This document shows positions 50,401-63,975 of a stretch of 64,000 nt of DNA, piece by piece (position 1 is the first letter of the stretch; every line of letters starts with the position of its first letter). A program made the translations under genes and the position numbers. This DNA comes from Felis catus (Eukaryota), in the NCBI RefSeq assembly GCF_018350175.1, contig NC_058368.1:13144001-13208000 (forward strand). The letters run 5' to 3'. A model generated the notes under the pieces. The model searched no databases. It was given only the letters and a program-made list of their open reading frames with translations, and was not told the origin of the DNA.

Positions 50401-50644
50401 CTAATTTGGAAACACTCAGTTTACTATCTGCCTCTTATGTGCCAGCCACTTGGTTGGAAGATGTGTGGTGTTTCAGTCTTTATGAATAGCCTTTTACTTA
50501 GGAGAGAATAAAATAATTTATAGTAAATATCTTGATGTGTTTTATGTTTGTCTTCTTAGAAGACTGTATTAATAGATTTTCCCCTCTGATTTAAAGTATT
50601 AGGTTTTTTCTTTTTTCTTTTTTGTCAGTGGGAGCGTTAATATA

Positions 50645-50907
50645 TTTTTTACTTTTTTAAATATAATTTGTCAAGTTAGCTAACATACAGTGTATACAGT
50701 GTGCTCTTGGCTTCAGAAGTAGATTCCCATGATTCATCACTTACATACAATACCTGGTGTATTGTATGTAATACCGCTTACATACAATACATTGAGGTGC
50801 TCTCCTCAATGCCCATTACCCATTTTCCCCTTCCCCCACCCTCCATCAACTCTCAGTTTATTCTTTGTATTTAAGAGTCTCTTATGGTTTGCCTCCCTCT
50901 CTGTTTC
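50645..50907 (-). mobile_element. 5'-truncated carnivore L1 3' end
   Basis: aagttagctaacatacagtg...agtagattccc...tgcccattacccatttt...ctctcagtttattc resembles the 3' UTR of the full-length L1 at 20630-20780. Confidence 0.8.
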
Positions 50908-50925
50908 AAATAGAGTATCAGTTTT

Positions 50926-51135
50926 TTTTTAATGTTTATTGATTTTTGAGACAGAGAGAGACAGAGCATGAACAGAGGTGGGTCAGAGAGAGAGAGGGAG
51001 ACACAGAGTATAAAACAGGCTCCAGGATCTGAGCTGTCAGCACAGAGCCTGATGCGGGGCTCGAACCCATGAACTGCGAGATCATGACCTGAGCTGAAGT
51101 CAGACGCTTAACCGACCCAGCCATCCAGGCGCCCC
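50926..51135 (-). mobile_element. CanSINE
   Basis: TSD atagagtatcagtttt at 50910-50925 and 51136-51151. Confidence 0.96.
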
Positions 51136-53175
51136 ATAGAGTATCAGTTTTATTATTGTCAACATACTTGTTATATTGCTGTTGATCATTCTATAAATTT
51201 AATTGATTTTATGTTATTTTGGAATGTCTTGATACTCAGTTCACTATGTTGGTAGTCATAATCTGCCTTTGTTTCTGCTTCAGTTGAGACTCAGACAGTT
51301 GATTATATTCTTTTAATTCCTTGAAATAGTTTGGTCATAAAATTTTCATTCACTTACGTGGGATACTCCATACATATGCTCTCTGAAGGCATTGTGTAAG
51401 TGATACTTGATATTGATGTAAATACATTTTTGCATATTATGAAAGCTGTAGTTCAAATGTCATAGAACTTTGAAATGAGAAACACCCTTAAAAGTATTAC
51501 CAGAGCATCAATAGTTTAGTCCAGTTTCATATACTAATCTGTATCTAGAACTTTGTCTTTTATTTCTGGACTTTCAGTTGATTATGTACCTTTGAATTTA
51601 CATTATGATTCTTCTTATATAATAGGAAATCATATCTTGCTCTCACTGTTTCCTCCACCTCTCCTACCCTCCATGCCACTCCCAGGCCCCAACAAATATG
51701 AGCTGAAATGACAGGAAGTGGCAAGTCTCCTGGACAGGGACCTCTATGTCTGCTTGTTCCCATTGTCCCAAGTTGTATCTGTGCCTGTTGTAGCCCAAAA
51801 TGTCTTTCAGTCTGGATGCGGAGTTGGTGCTCAGTTTTCTCTTTTCTTCATTTATTCACCATGTTCTGATACCTTATGCCTCTGATGTCCTCCTTTCTCT
51901 CCACACCTGTTGTCACTCTTTTGGTAGGGGGCCTATTCACCATATGTCTTAAATATTCCAATAGCCTCATTTATTCACTTAAAAAAAAATGTTGCTGAAT
52001 GCCTTCCTGTGTCAGGCCCAGACGCCTAGGGATACAGGTATGAAAAAGACAGCACTTATTCAGAAAGGGCTCTCAGGCTACAGAGAAGACAAATGTGAAA
52101 ACATAAAAAGCATAATACAATGTGGATAAGTGTGTAATTAAGGTAGAAACAAGTGCTTCAGAAGCCCAGAGGAAGAATGTCAATTTCCTACCACTTGAAT
52201 TTGTAGATTTTACACAAGTTATAACTCTTCAACCAACTAAAATTCATTAGTTCTATCTCCTGACTACTTTATTTGCCCCTAATTTTTCACTTTTTCTGTT
52301 TGTTCTTAGACTAGGTTTTCTAAAAGGTCAGTCTGATCATACCTCTCTCCTCAAAGGCTGTCACTTCCCTACCACGTACAGGTTGAAGTCCAAGCATTAT
52401 TTCACATCAGAGCTTACCTCAATGATTCATATCTAACCCAGAGTCCACTAGTTACCCTCTTTCCCTTCCCCATCATTCTCATCCCTTGAGGAGAATGCAA
52501 CTCCCTTCCATTGTTTTCCCACACACTAATCCCGTTTTCCAACTACTCCACGCTTCCTCCAGGATTCATCTTCTTAAAATGAGTCTGTTCTGCCCCAGGG
52601 AGGCCCTAATCTGTTGTAAACCCACCATTTTAACTCATACCTCTCACAAAATTCTCCCTTCAACTACTTTGCTTAAGTGTGAACTATCATTCTCTCAAAA
52701 GATTCATCTTGCTTGCCAACCATTCGAACAGAGGCTTCTCTTGTTTCCCCCCATATCATGTTGGTAGCTCATGTAAGGGCCAGGACAGCAGGAGAGGGCC
52801 GAGCATTCTCTCCTTCAGACTTGCAGCCTCTTTATGAAATCTTTCTCCCTGTTTATTTCTTCTTTCTTCCTTCCCTCCCTCCCTCTCTCTGTCCCTCCCT
52901 ACCTTCCTTCCTTCCATCTTCCTTTATTTATTTCTGAGGAATATGACAAGTATGTATAGCCTTCTTTTTTTTGTCTCCCTCCTTGTCACTATCATAGCTT
53001 CATTTCTCTTGTGTTTTGAGGACTTTACCTCTTACGGCTTCACGGCATCACTCACTGTATCAGGCAGCGTAGAGTTTAGATTGCTGTAACGAAGAAATTT
53101 CCAAATTCCATGGCATGGATAAATTTGAAGTTTAAATATCTGAGACCAGATATGGTCCAGGGCCAGCATGGAGTT

Positions 53176-53400
53176 CTGTAGGGTTGAGGGTGTAATAAAG
53201 TCTGACTCCATTTCAGATGTTTGACTGACAGCTTTCAAGCCCGACCCCTCACTCTTTCCCTTTTGCTACACATCTGGTCAACCCCGTAAGGATTCCTCTG
53301 TTTTCCCTGCATTTGCACCAATAGTAAGTCCAAATTACACAAACTCTGGCCAACTGTGGAACCCTCATCTCAGCCCCAAGTTTTAATCACAATAAGTTGA
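53176..53400 (+). mobile_element. ERV1-like LTR 5' fragment
   Basis: tgtagggttgaggg...gactccatttcagatgtttgactgacagctttcaagcccgacccctc resembles old ERV1 LTR starts; family not assigned. Confidence 0.4.
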
Positions 53401-53429
53401 TCTTACACTCTGCTGAACAACCACAAAAT

Positions 53430-54495
53430 ACATGATGAGAGCATCCAGGGTTTGTTCTTGGCCCTCTTCTCTCCATTCTTTCTATTTTTCCCAAGAAACC
53501 TCATTTACATACTTGGCTTCTAGCCCAAATTTCTCTCTTGTCCTCAGGACACTTATATATCCTAATAAATTGACCATCCCAACCTTCACATTGCAAATTT
53601 AATAGGTCCTCATACCTTTTCCCCCACAATCTTCCTCCTAAGTTTCTCTCTTGATAGATTGCGTTATCATCCATTCTGTCACTCCAGCCATCATTGTGGG
53701 ACCAATCTAGGCTCCTCTCTCACTTACATGATGTTACTGAATGCTATTCATTTCATACCCTCTTTTGTTCCTTAAACTGGCTCCCTCCTCTCTGTCTCCA
53801 CTGCTCTTCTAGCCTGTTCAGTCCTTCATCATTTCTCTTTTGTATTATTAAATTATCTCCCTGCCTTCTAACTCCTCCTCCCCAATCTATCCTTGGCACA
53901 GGTGTCAAAGTGATCTTTCTAAGATGCAAATATGATCGCACCACTGCCCTGTTTATAAAACTTCCTGTGGCTCTCTATCCTCTACATGATCAAATCTAAA
54001 TGCCATGGCATACTATGATTTGATCTCTGTCACACTCTGCTCCTATTTTTTCCCTCCTACTCTCCTGTATGGATTCCACTCTTTAGCTATACTGAGCTAT
54101 TTGTGATTCCCCGCATACATCCCATATTTTCTTGCCTCTCTTCTTGGGCACGTGATGCTCTTTTTGTATTAAATGACCTCCCCCTGTGAGACTAGCTAAC
54201 TCTTATTCTCCCTGAGGCCCAGTTCAAAAGTCACCTCCAGGATTCCTGCTTTGAGATACTTTCTCCTAGACAGACTCATTTTGCTTCCCTTCTTTTATGT
54301 TCCCCACACTCTATGCAAACACATATTATAGTGCTTATCCCATGAGGTTATAAATATTGATTTCTTGCTGTCTCACTCTACAGAATGTGAGTATGTGAAA
54401 CTCCTTACGTGCAGGTACACATATTTCACCTTTGAATACACCACAATCCCTAATTCATAGGAGACATTAAATAAATGTTTGATGAGTGAATAAAT
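53430..54495. mobile_element. LINE2 fragments
   Basis: gtgatctttctaagatgcaaatatgatc...aaaacttcctgtggctc; tail cattaaataaatgtttgatgagtgaataaat. Confidence 0.65.
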
Positions 54496-54789
54496 TTCCT
54501 TCAAGGCCCTCAAGCCAACTACTTACCACACCTTTCTATTTTTATCCCTGATTTCTAGCTTTTTCCCGTCTCCATGCTGGCAACCAGGAACAATCTGTCA
54601 ATGAATAAAGGATTTTTAGCAGGGAGAAACACTATTATATTTATCAAGTTGGAAAATTAACAGCAGTGTTTTTATAGCTGTTATGGTGGTTGTTTTTGAT
54701 AAATACAAGACACTTGAGAAACTGAAGTCCAAATTAATCTATTTTGGTAGCTTAGAATCTGTTTGAGAAAGAGCTTTATAACTGTAAGA

Positions 54790-54792
<3 letters not shown>

Positions 54793-54829
<37 letters not shown>
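54793..54829. repeat. (TG)n microsatellite
   Basis: Seen directly. Confidence 0.96.
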
Positions 54830-54831
<2 letters not shown>

Positions 54832-56007
54832 ATATATAATAATAAAGATAGTAAATCAAAAATCAGTGGACAACATAGGACATGTTGTAACTTCTCCAAG
54901 ACAGGGGAGAGATCAGTGCTGGTTGTCATTACTAGAAAACCACAGGGTGGAACACCACCCTGGCTGAGCACTGACCACTGAGCCTAGCAGGTGGAGAGAA
55001 GGTGTATAATGTATATGCATATAAGTGAGGGTGATGGGATATGTTTGTTTCTGACAGTGGCTTGTTGTAGGGGATGAATAAAATAAGGTCATATTAAAGG
55101 GAGATCTGAATATTGCCTTTTGAAAATTCAACTTGATTGTGTGGTAAAATGAAAAGCTATTGAAGTGTGTGTACTGAAGCATACTACATAATACGCTCCA
55201 AAGTATTAATATAATCTTCACCAGCAAGGTCAGAGAGCCAAATATGCTGATAGAGTCATGATTGTATTTATTTTTATTTTGGAGGAACTTACACACATTA
55301 CTTACAAAAATTGAATATGGAACTAGAAAATTTCAAGTTGGAACCTAAGCTGTTTTAACAACCCAGAATTTGGAAAATAATGTGTAAACCATAAACTATA
55401 GCCAGTTGTGCTTTTTCAAATGAAAATTTTTGCATCAAGATTTGATTCTAAACCTCCTAATACCCTCATTTCTTCTTGTAAATTGTTTCAGTAATACATA
55501 TAGAAATACCACAACCTATGCATACAGGTTTAGCACCGGGTACAAGTGACTGAAAAGACAATGTTACTCAAATGTGAAATAATTGATTTCATAAAATATT
55601 AGTATTTGAACCATAGCAATTTATGCTTAGATTTTACTTGATGATCAATTAATCTAAATTTGGTTTAAAATAATTCTCTTACAGGTGAAAATTTCTGTCT
55701 CCTACATATTTTTAGTCTAGTTGACATCACAATGTTAGATGAAGGATGAATTTTTTGTCATGAGTATGTCTGTGGAATTATCAAATTTTAAATTAGTCGT
55801 AGCCTATTTTCTTCCCTCATCAGGTTTTTTTGGTTTGTTTGTTTGTTTTGTTTAATTTTTCCTATTGGAGAAAAAACCCAGTTAAATATTTACATTTAAA
55901 AAATTAATAAATTTGTAATCCTTAAAGTTTTTTTTCTAAGACCACTAGTAACTTATTTTTCTTATAACTATTTAGATAATTGTTTTAATAAAACACATTG
56001 AATTTTC

Positions 56008-56221
56008 AAAAATTTAAAAATAAAGTTTTATTTTAGAGAGAGAGAGAGTTGGGGAGAGGGGTAGAGGGAGACAGAGACAGAGACAGAGATAAGAGAATCT
56101 TAACCAAGCTCTACACTCAGCATGGAGCCCTACACGGGGCTTGATCCCATGACCCTAGAATCATGACCTGAGCTGAATTCAAGAGTCAGACACTCAACAG
56201 ACTGAGTCACCAAGGTGCCCC
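56008..56221 (-). mobile_element. CanSINE
   Basis: SINEC body; flanks acattgaat and acgttgaat. Confidence 0.92.
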
Positions 56222-58219
56222 TACGTTGAATATTTTTATCTTCTAAATATATAAATATACTTGTAGACTTACACATTTACATATTTTCTTCACTTTCTTT
56301 GTCTCATTTTGATGTCCTGCTCTCAAAATACATGTTAGCACTTTTCTTAAACATTATCTACATCTAACATGTCCATACTGAATATGGCTCTAAAGACATA
56401 AAGAAGTTTTATGTTTATATACAATAGGACGTGCCTCTATCTTTGCTTTCATGTAAGTGGCAAAGTGCCTTGAATTAGGCTTTAAAAATAGCAACCTTGG
56501 ATAGCCACTCTTTCAACAGAACTCTGTTATGTTGTTCTCATTTTTCAATTGAGTTTCTGTTGAGCTGAATTTTATGGCATTAATTACTGACTTGCCTGAG
56601 TTGGATTCATTAAAAAAAAGTCTAAGCACATATCTGACAAGCTATATACATTAATCTTGGGCTTTACTTCTTTTAAACCACTGGTATGGGTGGAAACCTC
56701 TAAACATTGATTGCTCCTTGGGGTTTGGGGTTGATGGGAGGTGGGAATAGTTTCCTGCAAATGCAAATAGTCAATTAGCTTTATAACCACTCTTCAATTA
56801 AAATAAAAATAGAATTCTCTGGGGAAAAATCTAACCAGAAAGATCACTTCACTGTAAATAGGACAGTCAATTTTATAAAAAAAGCCTCCAGCACCAAGCT
56901 CTCATTCCCATATATATTGATTTATTCATTCCACAAATATTTACTGAATGCATATGCTGTCTTAGGCATATTGCATCCATCAGTTGCATTTTATACACAC
57001 AATGACATGATTCACTTTTGGCAACAACAGAGCGAGTAAAATGAGGACTGGTACTAGTCCTACAATCACTCGTGACAACCACCACTGATTGTAAACTTCT
57101 TATATGCCAGGCATTATTCTAGAATCCTCATTTGTCACATTGCTTTCAACGATCTGGCAATAGAGAGGTAATAATGTCCATTTTTTAGAGACGATATTGA
57201 GATCATGTTTTTCATGAAGCCATCAGATATGCATTTTAGAAGTATATGAAAAATAATTAAAGCTTCCATTTTCTTTTCAGAGAGAAGACATCAGTATCAA
57301 AGTAATGACAGAGGGAGGAATTGAGAATATGGAAGAAAAGCTGAAGTGAAAGTTTCCTTATTCTCAAAATCCAAAAAAAAAAAAAAAACCCAAAACCAAA
57401 AATAAACAAACAAACAAAAAAAAACATTGAGAAGAGCAAAAATCAGGATTATATCAGCAGTCCCTTTCTGCCATTTACCTTCAAACCAGATTCTTTGTCG
57501 GTGAGAAGGAGGTGGGTAGAAAGTAAGAGAAAAAAGAAAAAGATGATGTTGGGTTCCAACCTGCCCTTCTCTGCTTGTATTTTACAGTTTTCATCACTTT
57601 TTAAAGTTTTAAATAGTATCTATTGATATCCAACTATTGATAACAAGAACTTAATCTTTCTCCATCAACCCACACCTCTGTACATTTCCTCACCCCAGCC
57701 TCTCCACTGTTAGAACATATGTATACTAAATATTTAACTAACTTTTGTTAGTTGGCTAAGTTATTAGTCAAATATTTAATATTTACATTTTTCTAACTGT
57801 GGATATTACTTATAGCTAAATTATGTAATGTACTATATTTCTAATAACATTTTTCTTTGTTGTAGTTAATTTCTTTTGAGTTTTCTATGAACCTGTTACC
57901 TAATTGTTCCTAAATTCTCTGCCTAAAGTAAAAAATCCTTCAATGTGTTTACAACCCATGTAAAGTGGTTCTATCCTAACCCACCCTGAATGCTTCTAGA
58001 AATTTCTATGGTTCTCCAGTGTTCTGAAATTTCATATGACTGATGTGACTTAGTGTAAAATATTTTTCCAACCATTATGTCAAGCACTTGACAGGCTCAT
58101 TAAATTTGGGAAATCACATGCTGCATTTTGAGCATTGCATTATTGTTATTACCAATATTAATATTATTTTATTACTTGATAATTGTTCTCTTGTCTTTTC
58201 TCTTTCTTCTTTCTTCTTT

Positions 58220-58435
58220 TTAAAAACAATTTTTTTAAGCTTTATTCATTTTTGAGAGAGAGAGAGCATGAGTGGGGAGGAGCAGAGAGAGAGGGAGACA
58301 CAGAATCTGAAGCAGGCTCCAGGCTCTGAGCTGTCAGCACAGAGCCCGATGTGGGGCTTGAACTCACGAAACTTGAGATCATGACCCGAGCTGAAGTCAG
58401 ATGCTTAACCGACTGGGTGCCACCCAGGCACCCCC
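58220..58435 (-). mobile_element. CanSINE
   Basis: SINEC body ending ccacccaggcacccc. Confidence 0.93.
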
Positions 58436-59674
58436 TTTTTGTTCTTTCTTTTGGAATCTTTTTATCTTTATGTTGTTCTGACTGTACTGATCCTATATTT
58501 TCTTATTTTTATTTTCTGTTTCCATCTTTATCTTTTTATTATAGTTTCTTAGAGATTATATTCTAACATTTTTGTAGGGCTTTGTATTTCTGCTTTTAGA
58601 ATCTTTAATATCTTAGCATTTATTTTTGTTCTCTGAATGTTCCTTTTTTAGCTTTTGACATAGTGTATCTTTAGGACACCAATCCTAATAATTTTTGAAG
58701 TATTATTTTGCTCTCTGAACTCTGTTTCTCCATATATAATAGTGAACAAAAATAAAATAACTGGGAATAAAAATAAATAAGAAAGTATAGACCTTTACAA
58801 ATAGCAATTGTCTTGCCTACTTCTCATATTCTAATCCCATACTATATTTCTTCAAAGCACATATGACTCCCTAGCACTGTATTTTACATTTATTTATTGC
58901 ATTCTTATTATCTAAAATTCTTGCTAGAATGCACCTTCCTTGAAAGTAAAGGCTTTGTTTGTCTTATGCACTTTTGTACTGAAGTCAGTATTGACTAAAT
59001 ACTGACTAAGTACAGGGTAGGTAAGCAATAAATCTTTATAGAATCAATACATGATTAAGTAAGTAAAAAACAAACAAACAAAAACTCCACATTGTAAAAT
59101 CTTATTTGAGAATGTAACACAAAAGTTGAATCAATGAGAAGGCATATATGTTCTTATCTGGGAACACTGACACATTTTAAGGTCATTTTTTTTCACCGTG
59201 TTGAAAATAGATTGGAAGTTCCAAAAGTAGAGTATGGAGACTATTTGCAGGCTGTTGCAATCGTCTAACAAGGAATAAAAATCACCTGGACCAAAGAAGT
59301 AGAGAGATATGGAGTGAAAAATTCAAGCAATGGTCTATTTTGGCAAGAAAATTCAACAAGACTTTCTGTGTCATATTGCATAGCGTGCATCCACAATTTC
59401 ATTCTACTCTAAAAAATAATTTAATTATTTCCCTAATGATAGATATCTAGATTGCCTCCAACTCCCTACTTTCATAAGTAATTCTATATTAAGAATCTTT
59501 GTGTATGTCCCTCCATGGGTTTGGGGGATAGTTTCTCTGAGATAGGAATACTAAGATACAGGATACAGGATATATATAGATTGTTCTCTGAATGGCTGAA
59601 CCATTTACACTCCTATCAATAATCATCAGAATTCTTATCTCCTATCCTTACCAATGCTTGGTGCCATGTGACAC

Positions 59675-60072
59675 TGTTGGTTTGCAAACTGGCCCTTGTA
59701 CCCACAGGGCAGGGAGAGACCAAAGAAAGAGGCAGACCACTCCAGATTGGCAGGTTGTGGGTTTAATAAGCAAAGGAACTTACATATGAGGCTAGGCTTG
59801 TCATAGACGGACACAAGATGAGATCTCAGCACCTACCACAGAATCTTAAAAGTTTATATAGAGGCCTTAACTGGGTTCAGTCATTTAAATCATCCAGATA
59901 GCTTTAACACCACATTTTTATCTCAGGGTTGTGTCCTTGGAGCAGCTTCTGAGAACAGGGAAAATAAGCAGAACACACATTCCAAGAAAAAAGGAGGGGG
60001 TGGGAGCCTCCAGTTTCCTGGGTCCAGTTCATAGATCAACTGGTAATGTTTACTTGATTACCTCCTTCAACA
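59675..60072 (-). mobile_element. Solo ERV LTR inserted in an old L1
   Basis: Inverted termini TGTTG...CAACA; minus-strand TATATAAA (59853-59860) and ATTAAA (59762-59767) in the expected order; L1 text resumes on both sides. Confidence 0.7.
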
Positions 60073-60553
60073 GACTTTCTAGTTTTTTCTAATATCATGG
60101 GCATAAAGGAATCTGTCATTATATTAATTTACACTTCTTTGATGACTAGTGTGGCTAAACATTTCGACATTTCTAGCCACAATTTCTACATTTCTGGACA
60201 GTGGACAACTTCTTTTTGATGACCTATTTTTGCCTTGCTGATTTGTAGAAATTCTTTGTATGATCTAGTTAATAATTCCATCCTGCTTTTGGATGTATAT
60301 CAGCCTGTCACATATCTGTTCACTTTGCCATGATTTCCACTGTGTAAAAGAAATCTTTTCATTCCTGAATTCAGTGGAAATGATGGGATCCTGGACAGCA
60401 GGAGCCAAGAGACAGCTCTTAATCACTAAAATTAGATGAGCTAGTTACCATAATGGATAACAGAACAAAAGCAATCCTCACAGTAGTCTACTGACAGAGA
60501 CTGTCAGCATTGGCCAATCATTTATTATGCTCTGGGTCCTGAATAGCTGGGAG

Positions 60554-61010
60554 TGTATTAGTTTCTTAAGGCTGCTGTAACAAAGCATCACAATCCAGGT
60601 AGCTTTAAGAAACAGAAATCATTCTTTCACAGTTCTAGAGACTAGAAGTCTGAAATCAAGGTGTAAGCAGTGTAATGTTCTCCCTGAAACTTCAAGAGGA
60701 AAATCTGTTCCATGACTTTGCCTTAGCTTCTGGTGTTGCTGGCAGTCATTGGCATTCCTTGGATTGTTGACATATCACTCTAATCTCGGTCTCTGTCTTC
60801 ACATGGCATTCTCCCTGTGTTTTTCTCTCTTTATTTTTTTCATATCAGTCATATTTGATTAAGGGCCTACCTTATTCCAATATGACTTCTCCTTAGTTTA
60901 AATATTAATTACATTTGCAACAGCCCTATTTCCAAATAAAGTCACATTCATAGGTATCAGATGTCAGGACTTCAACATACATTTTTGGGGATACAACTCA
61001 ATGCTCAATA
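60554..61010 (-). mobile_element. MLT1 (B/C/D-type) solo LTR nested in the ERV-L
   Basis: tgtattagtttcttaaggctgctgtaacaaag...agaagtctgaaatcaaggtg...ccctatttccaaataaagtcacattc; flanks gggag and ggcag. Confidence 0.85.
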
Positions 61011-62025
61011 GGCAGTTTAATATGGTCTTACTTGATTTATATTGGCAAGAAGCTCTAGATCTGGTTTATGGAACCCTGGCTTGAACCACTAAAGAATATT
61101 GTAGTTCTTCAATCAATTCCAAGACTTAAACCAGTTGGCAAGTCCAGAGTCCATTAAATGAAGAGAGGCCAACTTTCCTTGAGGAGGGATGCACTATGTA
61201 GCCAAAACGTATGCTATGCTGTTTTCCTCTTAGCTGCCTCTAAAGGGACCTATGACCATTTGCCATGGTGATTATGCATTGGGGAAGGGAAAATAATTGA
61301 CCCTTCAGGGATTACTAAACCCTAGCTCTGAACTGACACAATTCCTGGAGATCTCTATGCTATGTGGTCTACCAGGCAGATAGAGAATTCTGAATGTTAG
61401 GTTATCAATGCAGTTTTGGCTTGGGTTTGTCTCACTGAACACACCCTGTGTTATTTCCCAATGTTGGAATGCATAGGTGGAATTGACGTGGTTAAGAACT
61501 GGTTGTCTCTACATTGATTCCATGACCTTAGTAGAGTGGGATATTATGATAGGAAAAGAAAAGCCACTGTAACTATTCATCTTTCAAAATAGTGAATTAA
61601 AAGCAATATTGCATTCCTGGAGGGGTTTCAGAGATTAGTGCCACTATCAAGGACTTAGAGGAGGTAGGGGTGGTGATGCCCATGAACTCATTATTTAGCT
61701 TCTGTGGAAGACAGATGGATCTTGGAAAATTATTGTGACTTATCATAAACCTTATCATGTGATGACTCCAGTTGCAGCTACTGTTACAAATATGCTCAAC
61801 TTCCAAGCCCTGTGTCATAAGTGAGTCTGTAGGCACCTCTGTCATCTCTCCATTTCATAGGACATCATGCTGGCCCACTGTGCTGAGGATCTAGTGAGTA
61901 GGAAGTAACAAGAATTCTAGATGCCTTGGTAAGACACTTGCATGCCTGAAGGTGTAAAATACATCTCACAAAAATCTAGAGGCTTGCCACCTCAGAGAAA
62001 TTATTAGTGTCCTGGTGGTCTAAGG

Positions 62026-62456
62026 CAGTGTCCCAAACTATGACTTGCAGGCCAATGCTGATCAATGGTCTGCTTTTATACAACCTGTGAGCTAAGAGTG
62101 GTTTTTACATTTTTAAGTGATCATTAAAAAAACAACAACAGGGGCGCCTGGGTGGCGCAGTCGGTTAAGCATCCGACTTCAGCCAGGTCACGATCTCGCG
62201 GTCCGTGAGTTCGAGCCCCGCGTCGGGCTCTGGGCTGACGGCTCAGAGCCTGGAGCCTGTTTCCGATTCTGTGTCTCCCTCTCTCTCTGCCCCTCCCCCG
62301 TTCATGCTCTGTCGCTCTCTGTCCAAAAATAAATAAATGTTGAAAAAAAATTTAAAAAAACAACAACAAAGAATTTGTAACAGAAACTATATGTACCCAG
62401 CAAAGCCTAAAGTATGTACTAGCTAGCTCTTTGTAGAAAAATTATGCTAACTTCTC
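62026..62456. mobile_element. MER58A-like hAT-Charlie MITE nested in the ERV-L, split by a SINE
   Basis: cagtgtcccaaactatg...gagctaagagtggtttttacattttta...cagcaaagcctaaagtat...; degenerate 8-bp TSD gtctaagg/ctctaggt. Confidence 0.75.
62141..62353 (+). mobile_element. Young felid SINE (SINEC_Fc-type)
   Basis: CpG-rich head ggggcgcctgggtggcgcagtcgg...cacgatctcgcggtccgtgagttcgagccccgcgtcggg; perfect TSD aaaaaaacaacaaca at 62126-62140 and 62354-62368. Confidence 0.97.
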
Positions 62457-63819
62457 CTCTAGGTCATGTTGAAATATCTTTCCTAGGTGAAGAACAAAGT
62501 GCTGCATTTAGAGTCTCCTACTAGTAAGAGTGAGGCATGAACTATAGTGGGTCTCTTTGGATCATAAAGGCAATTGATACTTCAGTTGCTTCAAATTCAT
62601 ACTTCAAATACTTCATTTGAATATGTTACTCTGATCCATTTACCAAGTGTCCAGAAAAGCTTCCATTTTTTAGCATGGCTCAGGAAAAGAGTAGGTTCTG
62701 TAAAAGATCCAGTCTGCAGTGCAAATTGTTCTGTCACTCAGGACATATGACCCAGCAGATTCTATGGTGCTTAAAGCATCTGTGGCAGATAGAGATACTG
62801 TTTAAACTTCTGGCAGGCTCTAATTGGAGAATTACAGTGTAGATCGTTGGATTTTGAAGTAAATTTGTGTCATCATTTGCAGAAAGCTACTCTTTAAAAA
62901 TAGCTTCTGGCTTGTTAGTGGCCTGAATCCTTGACCATGGACTACCAAATTACCATGTGATCCAAGCTGCCCATCCTGAATGGATATTTCCTGATCCACC
63001 AACTCATAAACTTATGCATGCTTAGAAATCCTCAATTGTCAAATGAAAGTCATATTTGTAACAGTGAGCTCAGGAAGATCCTAACAACCATGAGCAAACA
63101 CCCAGTTTCCAAAGTACCTACTCCTGCTGTACTGCCTCCAATTTATACCTATGTCCTTATGTTTCCTATGACTAATAGAATGTAGAAGAAAAAAAAAACT
63201 TCAATCTGAGTTACAAATGATTCTGCATTATTTGCTGCTACCACCTAAAAGTAGATGGATATCTATAACTAGATGACTTTGAAGGACAATGGTGAAGGAA
63301 AATTCTCCCAGTGGGCAGAACTATGAGCAATGCATTTGATTTAAGTTTTTCTGGTAAGAGATATAGACAGAAGTGCAGATAATCATTGTTTCATGGGCTT
63401 TGGCTTCATGGTTTGGTTTCATAGTTAGGGATTTAGAATGATTAAAACATTAGTGATGATGAGGTCTAGAAAAGACGTATGTGGATTGGCATATCCTAGG
63501 GCACAGAGTATGATAATACTTATGTCACATGTGAGTACTCATAAAAGCCAACTCAGAAGAGAAGGACCTTAATAATAAGGTGAACACCAGTCAGCTTCTT
63601 TTCCTATCTGACCTAGAAGTTGAGACTGCCGCCTGGCCACTTTGGGCTCTTACTGACATTGAATAAATAGGACAGAAATTCCTATAGTAACTGTGGTGAT
63701 TGATCCTGGCTATGAAAGGGAAATTGGGTTGCTATCATGCAAAGGAGATTTTAAAAAAAAGTGTGTTTTTAAAAGGAGGAAATCATCTGGTCTGGCTTCA
63801 TAGTCCTCCCCTGATAAAA

Positions 63820-63975
63820 GCAAACAGATCCACGCAGACATTTGTCCATGAATGTCCACAACAGCATTATTAATAGTAGTCAAAGGTGGAAACAAATTAC
63901 ATGTCCATTAACTGATGAATGGATAAACAAAATGTGGTGTATCTTGGTATATTCCATACCGATTGGAATAGTATT
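63820..63975 (+). mobile_element. Old L1M 3' fragment
   Basis: atgaatgtccacaacagcattatt...aaggtggaaacaa...gatgaatggataaacaaaatgtggtg. Confidence 0.75.

Larger units (their letters stand above)
60365..63745 (+). mobile_element. Decayed ERV-L internal region (gag end, protease, RT, RNaseH, dUTPase)
   Basis: Manual translation: HWGREN...GLLNPSSELT (protease, about 61275-61340); KQYCIPGGVSEISATIKDLEEVGVVMP (RT, about 61601-61681); HVSTH...EEKDLNNKV across a frameshift (RNaseH end); KLRLPPGHFGLL and VIDPGYEREIGLL (dUTPase, about 63615-63735). Confidence 0.88.
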
